Shown here: positions 32,340 through 36,138 of the stretch, piece by piece
Numbering within the stretch: position 1 is the stretch's first letter
How the letters are laid out: each line of letters begins with the position of its first letter
IMG/VR virus record: IMGVR_UViG_3300029928_000023
Coordinates: 1 to 36,138 of that record
Source: a virus
DNA: 36,138 bases
Direction: 5' to 3' (one strand)
Program-made: the position numbers and the translations under genes
Notes under the pieces: model-generated
Databases searched by the model: none
Seen by the model: only the letters and a program-made list of their open reading frames with translations
Told to the model about the DNA's origin: nothing

Positions 32340-32513
32340 ATGTCAAAAGATTCCTTTAAAGATGCCTTGACAAATATTGAAGACATTGCACTGGCTTACA
32401 CAGTCAAGACATCAACTGCCACAACACCTGAGCAGTTCCTTGATGATTATGTGAAAAATAAAAATTCATTTATTGAAATCAAGAAACAACATGGTGATAA
32501 GTGGATGATCTAA
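32340..32513 (+). CDS. Small soluble hypothetical protein, moron 3 (57 aa)
   Basis: ATG 32340 is preceded by GAAGGTGA. Its stop overlaps the stop of the convergent minus-strand gene by 4 nt. Confidence 0.5.
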   Translation: MSKDSFKDALTNIEDIALAYTVKTSTATTPEQFLDDYVKNKNSFIEIKKQHGDKWMI

Positions 32514-32788
32514 AACTCAAATCTGGCAATTGATTTAAGAACCTCTTTTGCCACATCGAGCAGGTGTAGTGAGTGCTTTACCGAGTATTTCTTTGCTCCA
32601 AGTACTTTTAAGATGTCCTTGATAACGCACTCCTCGCCGTCATACGTTTCCGACAATTCACAGTTCTTTGCGATATAATAGAAAATTATCTCCTCGTCAG
32701 TGAGAACTTTCCTCACCTCAGAGAATTCTTCTATATCTTTCGTCTTCTCTGCTATATCTACCAACTTTGAATTTATACTGTTTGTCAT
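32510..32788 (-). CDS. Hypothetical early protein (92 aa)
   Basis: AAAGGAGAG RBS. First gene after the Cro-like regulator. Confidence 0.55.
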   Translation of the reverse strand: MTNSINSKLVDIAEKTKDIEEFSEVRKVLTDEEIIFYYIAKNCELSETYDGEECVIKDILKVLGAKKYSVKHSLHLLDVAKEVLKSIARFEF

Positions 32789-32802
32789 GGCTCTCCTTTC
32801 TC

Positions 32803-32831
32803 TTATTAGTATTCATTTTGTGAACTAGTAA
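32803..32831 (-). promoter_or_regulatory. Degenerate duplicate of the PR promoter/operator cassette, downstream of the Cro-like gene
   Basis: On the minus strand, TTACTA-gttcacaaaatgaatac-TAATAA. The 17-nt spacer matches the PR spacer at 16 of 17 positions. Confidence 0.45.
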
Positions 32832-33025
32832 GGCAAAAAAATATTTTCCCTAGGGAAACTACAAATATCTGCATACATTCTTAATTCTGCCTCTTTCATC
32901 TTTACCTTACCGCTTTCCCAATTACCAACAGTAATACGAGAAACGCCCATTTTATCAGCTATATCCTGCTGTGAAAGCCCAGCATTTACTCTAACAGCTG
33001 ATAATCTTATCTTTAAACTATTCAA
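32825..33025 (-). CDS. Cro-like XRE-family regulator
   Basis: LSQQDIADKMGVSRITVGNWESGK. TTG start 8 nt after GAGGAGG. Divergent from the CI-like gene. Confidence 0.75.
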   Translation of the reverse strand: MNSLKIRLSAVRVNAGLSQQDIADKMGVSRITVGNWESGKVKMKEAELRMYADICSFPRENIFLPY

Positions 33026-33058
33026 TATTTCGCCTCCTCTCTTTCATCTTGTAATTGC

Positions 33059-33087
33059 ATTATAGTATTCTTTTTGTGAACTGTCAA
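33059..33087 (-). promoter_or_regulatory. Early lytic promoter (PR-like) with an operator in the spacer
   Basis: On the minus strand, TTGACA (33087-33082), N17 (gttcacaaaaagaatac), TATAAT (33064-33059): both hexamers are perfect consensus. Confidence 0.75.
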
Positions 33088-33116
33088 GCATAATGAAAAC
33101 TTTTTTTGCTTTTCGC

Positions 33117-33145
33117 TTGCTATAAGTATTCATTTTGTGTATAAT
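33117..33145 (+). promoter_or_regulatory. Repressor promoter (PRM-like) with a third operator copy
   Basis: TTGCTA (33117-33122), N17, TATAAT (33140-33145). The spacer contains AGTATTCATTTTGTG. Confidence 0.65.
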
Positions 33146-33171
33146 CAAGACATAAGAAAGGACGTGATCAG

Positions 33172-33546
33172 ATGGGTGCAAACCAATTTGCTAAATTATT
33201 AAAATATTATCTTATGCTAAACGACAAAACTCAGAGTGATTTAGTCAACGATCTTGGATATGAAAAATCAACAGTATCAAATTGGTGCTCTGGTGCAAGA
33301 GTTCCCAAAATTGATACAATTATAGATATTGCTAAGTACCTGCATGTTGACCCGGGAGATTTAATAGTCGAATCGGAAAACAAACCTACATATTACTTTG
33401 ACGATGAGACAGCTAAAAAGGCACAAGAGATATTTGAGAACAAGCAGCTCTCTCTTCTCTTCGATGCTGCAAGAGATGCTGAACCGGAAGATCTTGAAAC
33501 CGTTCATACAATGCTCATGGCTCTGAAAAACAAAGAAAAAAGATAA
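33172..33546 (+). CDS. CI-like XRE-family prophage repressor (no S24 peptidase domain)
   Basis: KTQSDLVNDLGYEKSTVSNWCSGARVPKIDTIIDIAKYLHVDPGDLI. Divergent from the Cro-like gene. The C-terminus is helical and lacks a Ser/Lys autocleavage domain. Confidence 0.8.
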   Translation: MGANQFAKLLKYYLMLNDKTQSDLVNDLGYEKSTVSNWCSGARVPKIDTIIDIAKYLHVDPGDLIVESENKPTYYFDDETAKKAQEIFENKQLSLLFDAARDAEPEDLETVHTMLMALKNKEKR

Positions 33547-33613
33547 TGTACAAAAAACATCCCACGGTATTTGTTATTGTATCTACGACTACGTTACAAG
33601 GGGGATGAGTTAA

Positions 33614-33850
33614 TTGTATGATATAAATGTACAGATGATGGATCTGAAGACTACAAAAGTTAAAGAAACTGTTACCTGCAATGAAGATGGTTCATATACT
33701 ATCTTTCTTAATACACGATTCACACAGGAACAGCTTAACGATGCTTATATCCATGCACTCAACCATATCATTAGAGCGGACTTCGATAAACACACCAGCT
33801 CTGTAGATACCATTGAGGCTTATGCGCATGGGTTAAATAAAATTTTATAA
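33614..33850 (+). CDS. Short ImmA/IrrE-like protein with HAxxH in place of HExxH (tentative)
   Basis: TTG start after AAGGGGGATGA. EDGSYTIFLNTRFTQEQLNDAYIHALNHIIRADFD...IEAYAH resembles short ImmA-type partners of XRE repressors. The motif codons are cat gca ctc aac cat. Confidence 0.45.
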   Translation: MYDINVQMMDLKTTKVKETVTCNEDGSYTIFLNTRFTQEQLNDAYIHALNHIIRADFDKHTSSVDTIEAYAHGLNKIL

Positions 33851-33872
33851 AAGAAAAAGGGGGGATAATTTT

Positions 33873-34319
33873 ATGAACATTACGGAATATATAAAAACAC
33901 GAGTTGATGATCAGATTGCATGGTATGATAAAAAATCCGTAACATGCCAGCGTTGGTATAAGGTCTTTCAGGCAATAGAAATTTTCATAGCCGCCAGCAT
34001 TCCTGTACTCTCCGGTTATGCCAGCAAGTATGGTGTAATCCCTTTGATTATAGGTATTGAGGGAGCTATTATAACTATAGTTGAATCTATCACCAGATTG
34101 TACAAGTTCCATGAAAACTGGATAGAATACAGAACTACATGCGAACTTCTGAGATATCAAAAACATTTGTATCTTACAGGCTCTGCACCATACAATGCAG
34201 AACCTGAAAGCATTGAAAATATTTTTGTAAGGAATATTGAGAATATTATATCTTCTGAAAATAATAAATGGAAAGCTGTCAATATGCAGGAAACAACAGA
34301 GAAAAAAACTGTTAATTGA
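33873..34319 (+). CDS. DUF4231 / SLATT-like two-transmembrane protein
   Basis: [13 protein letters not shown]...[21 protein letters not shown]...[19 protein letters not shown]...[23 protein letters not shown] is the DUF4231 architecture. GGGGGGA RBS. The gap to the upstream gene is only 22 nt. Confidence 0.7.
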   Translation: MNITEYIKTRVDDQIAWYDKKSVTCQRWYKVFQAIEIFIAASIPVLSGYASKYGVIPLIIGIEGAIITIVESITRLYKFHENWIEYRTTCELLRYQKHLYLTGSAPYNAEPESIENIFVRNIENIISSENNKWKAVNMQETTEKKTVN

Positions 34320-34509
34320 TCCTTTGATATGTTTTTTCAAATATATCTGGTTTGCAGGGATATTGCTCTCCGTTTACTCCTGTGATGATCCAATCACCGG
34401 GAGATGCGGTCATCTTTCCCTCTAATGTATCAATAATTATTTTTACATCTGTTTGATAAGCCTCTACAATTACAGGTTTCTTTTGAAATTTTTGTTTACA
34501 GGAACTCAT
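34312..34509 (-). CDS. Small conserved phage protein (65 aa), nested antisense between the SLATT-like and TIR-like genes
   Basis: GGAGGTG RBS 5 nt upstream. KPVIVEAYQ...[27 protein letters not shown] is a recurrent phage small-protein motif, from memory. Confidence 0.6.
   Translation of the reverse strand: MSSCKQKFQKKPVIVEAYQTDVKIIIDTLEGKMTASPGDWIITGVNGEQYPCKPDIFEKTYQRIN
34442..34470 (+). promoter_or_regulatory. Candidate promoter of the TIR-like gene, lying inside the antisense ORF
   Basis: TTTACA (34442-34447), N17, TACAAT (34465-34470). Confidence 0.5.
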
Positions 34510-34543
34510 AAATACACCTCCAAAAAGAAAGGGGATTCAAAAT

Positions 34544-34960
34544 ATGACTATATATAATATTTTTATAAGCCACGCTTGGAAATATTCCGAACATTACAAA
34601 AAAATTGTCCAGTGGCTTGATGAGGCACAGGCAGAGGGTAAATTCAGATGGAAAAACTACTCTGTTCCAGAACATGATCCACTTATTGATCCAAACAGTT
34701 CGGCCGGTAAAACCAAACTAAAATCAGAACTTAACGAGCAGATCCGACCAGCAACAAAAGTTATTATCCTTGCTGGTATGTATGCTGACTACAGTGATTG
34801 GATTGAATATGAACTTACCACCGCCGTATGCATGAATAAGTGCATAATTGGCGTAAAACCTTGGGGACAGGAACGTGTCGCTGCTATTATAACTAATAAT
34901 TCCGACACTATTGTAGGTTGGAATAAAGATTCCGTTATTAATGCAATTTTAAATTCTTAG
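34544..34960 (+). CDS. Stand-alone TIR-like domain protein (DUF1863 / ThsB-like, 'Tir chaperone'-type)
   Basis: YNIFISHAWKYSEHYKKIVQWLD...NYSVPEHDPL...VIILAGMYADYSDWIEYELTTAV...IIGVKPWG...VGWN. The S-x-W-x-x-x-E-L region aligns with the TIR catalytic-Glu motif. Confidence 0.7.
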   Translation: MTIYNIFISHAWKYSEHYKKIVQWLDEAQAEGKFRWKNYSVPEHDPLIDPNSSAGKTKLKSELNEQIRPATKVIILAGMYADYSDWIEYELTTAVCMNKCIIGVKPWGQERVAAIITNNSDTIVGWNKDSVINAILNS

Positions 34961-35113
34961 GATTTATTATAACAGATGTAAATAATTATAACAACCTGTG
35001 TTCCTCGGCATACCAGCCGGGGAATACACTTAAAATTGAATAGTGTATTTAACCGGGCAGCCGAGGGGTGTTACACCATATCCGTTCGAGTCTTGAAAGA
35101 AAGGATGATTGAT

Positions 35114-36138
35114 ATGAGAAATGCAAACGGATTCGGATCTGTGTATAAGCTGTCTGGCAAGCGCAGGAAGCCATGGATTGCCCGTAAAACAAAAGGATGG
35201 GCTATTGACGAAGAATCAGGAAAGGCTAAGCAGTTATATGCTACCATCGGCTATTACAGCACCCGGACAGAAGCTCTTACTGCTCTGACCAATTATAATC
35301 AGAATCCCTATGATATTGATACCGCAAATATTACATTCTCTGAACTCTATGATAAATGGTCAGATATACATTTTCAGGAAATTGTACCATCTGCCGCAAG
35401 AACATGGGTATCTGCTTACCATCATTCAAAGTCTCTCTGGGACATGCGAATGAGAGATATTCACCCTAATCACATGGAGGGAACGATCCGGAATGCAGAT
35501 GTTGGTCAGAGTACGAAGCAAAGAATGAAATCTCTCTACAACATGCTCTATAAATATGCTATGAAGCTGGAGATTGTTGATAAGAACTATGCCAAGATGT
35601 GTGATTCCATCAAGCGTGGAAAGCCTCAGATCATTCGTGTTCCGTTTACTCCGGAGGAAATAGATCTGCTCTGGGAGAATATAAACTATGGTGTTGTTGA
35701 TATGATTCTAATTGGTATATACAGCGGATGGCGACCACAAGAACTGTCTATCTTGAAAATAGCTGATATTGATCTGGAAAATAATACCATGTTCGGCGGT
35801 CTTAAGACTGATGCAGGGCGCAACAGGTGCGTTCCTATTCATTCAAAAATAAAAGATCTGATCATAAAAAGAGTAGATCAGGCTAAAGAATTGGAATCCG
35901 ATTATTTATTCAATGATCCGGATAGTCAGTCTGGTATGCGCATGACATACGACAAATACAGAAGCCGTTGGAATAAGGTCATGGGAAAATTAAAACTCTC
36001 CCACCGTCCTCACGATACAAGACATACATTTATTACATTGGCAAAAGATGCTGGCATGGATGAATACATCATAAAGCTGATAGTTGGTCATTCTATCGAG
36101 GATGTGACTGAGAAAGTATACACCCACAGGACCATGGA
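35114..36138 (+). CDS. int: Tyrosine integrase. It runs off the window end and continues at 100-133 of the circular sequence; 352 aa in total.
   Basis: ATG 35114 lies 8 nt after AAAGGA. N-terminus GFGSVYKLSGKRRKPW. Catalytic signature GWRPQEL ... HDTRHTF ... GH ... KVYTHRT. It is absent from the ORF track because there is no in-window stop. Confidence 0.9.
   Translation, partial: MRNANGFGSVYKLSGKRRKPWIARKTKGWAIDEESGKAKQLYATIGYYSTRTEALTALTNYNQNPYDIDTANITFSELYDKWSDIHFQEIVPSAARTWVSAYHHSKSLWDMRMRDIHPNHMEGTIRNADVGQSTKQRMKSLYNMLYKYAMKLEIVDKNYAKMCDSIKRGKPQIIRVPFTPEEIDLLWENINYGVVDMILIGIYSGWRPQELSILKIADIDLENNTMFGGLKTDAGRNRCVPIHSKIKDLIIKRVDQAKELESDYLFNDPDSQSGMRMTYDKYRSRWNKVMGKLKLSHRPHDTRHTFITLAKDAGMDEYIIKLIVGHSIEDVTEKVYTHRTM

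Larger units (their letters stand above)
1..36138. mobile_element. Complete temperate siphovirus-like phage genome, circularly permuted; lysogeny, recombination/replication, packaging, head, tail and lysis modules are all present
   Basis: Canonical gene order: integrase, CI/Cro switch, RecT-exonuclease, replisome organizer, TerS-TerL-portal-MuF-scaffold-capsid, connectors, major tail-chaperones-tape measure, holin-endolysin. The two 99-nt ends are identical. No tail sheath gene is present. Confidence 0.9.

Noticed and set aside
33771-34340. 189-aa minus-strand ORF covering the SLATT-like gene
   Set aside because: Its composition is Phe/Cys/Ile-rich junk and it has no RBS. It overlaps two plus-strand genes that have clear family signatures and RBSs.
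1-36138. Search for diversity-generating retroelements, retrons, restriction-modification genes, methyltransferases, transposases and toxin genes of known families
   Set aside because: No reverse transcriptase, methyltransferase (DPPY/FxGxG), DDE/IS or classical exotoxin motifs were seen in any frame. These absences are by-eye only and should be confirmed by HMM search.

Overview
This 36,138-nt window is a complete, circularly permuted genome of a temperate siphovirus-type phage or excised prophage. The host is probably a low-GC Gram-positive, Clostridia-like bacterium, judging from strong GGAGG-type RBSs and frequent TTG/GTG starts. Bases 1-99 are identical to 36040-36138, so the unique circle is 36,039 bp. 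The tyrosine integrase gene (35114 -> stop at 131-133) crosses that junction. Almost all lytic genes lie on the minus strand, read from a consensus PR-like promoter near 33060 down to the endolysin at 435. In order they are: a Cro-like regulator, small early genes, a Xis-like HTH, and a YqaJ exonuclease/DUF1351/RecT recombination module. Next come DUF1064, a replisome organizer with an internal iteron-like element, a G39P-like loader, a hexapeptide-repeat protein and a PAPS-reductase-like protein. A second, immI-like XRE/antirepressor switch follows, then YopX and a late activator. The packaging and head genes are TerS, TerL, portal, two fibre/lectin-like genes, a MuF head protein with an HExxH C-terminal extension, a Zn-ribbon ORF, scaffold and capsid. 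The tail and lysis genes are the connectors, major tail protein, G/T chaperones, tape measure, Dit, tip and fibre proteins, holin and a CHAP-2xLysM endolysin. The plus strand carries the genes expected to be expressed in the lysogen. These are a CI-like XRE repressor, a short ImmA-like protein whose metal motif reads HAxxH, a DUF4231/SLATT-like 2TM protein, a stand-alone TIR-like protein and the integrase. Three promoter-equipped morons are also embedded antisense in the early operon; two of them are tail-anchored membrane proteins. The best candidate for an undescribed system is the SLATT-like + TIR-like pair (33873-34960), which has a nested antisense gene and sits beside the integrase. The runners-up are the alternating-strand membrane-protein zipper (31141-32513), the MuF-HExxH/Zn-ribbon cassette and the second immunity region. 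I saw no rRNA, tRNA, CRISPR array or transposase. All functional calls come from motif recognition by eye; no database search was run.
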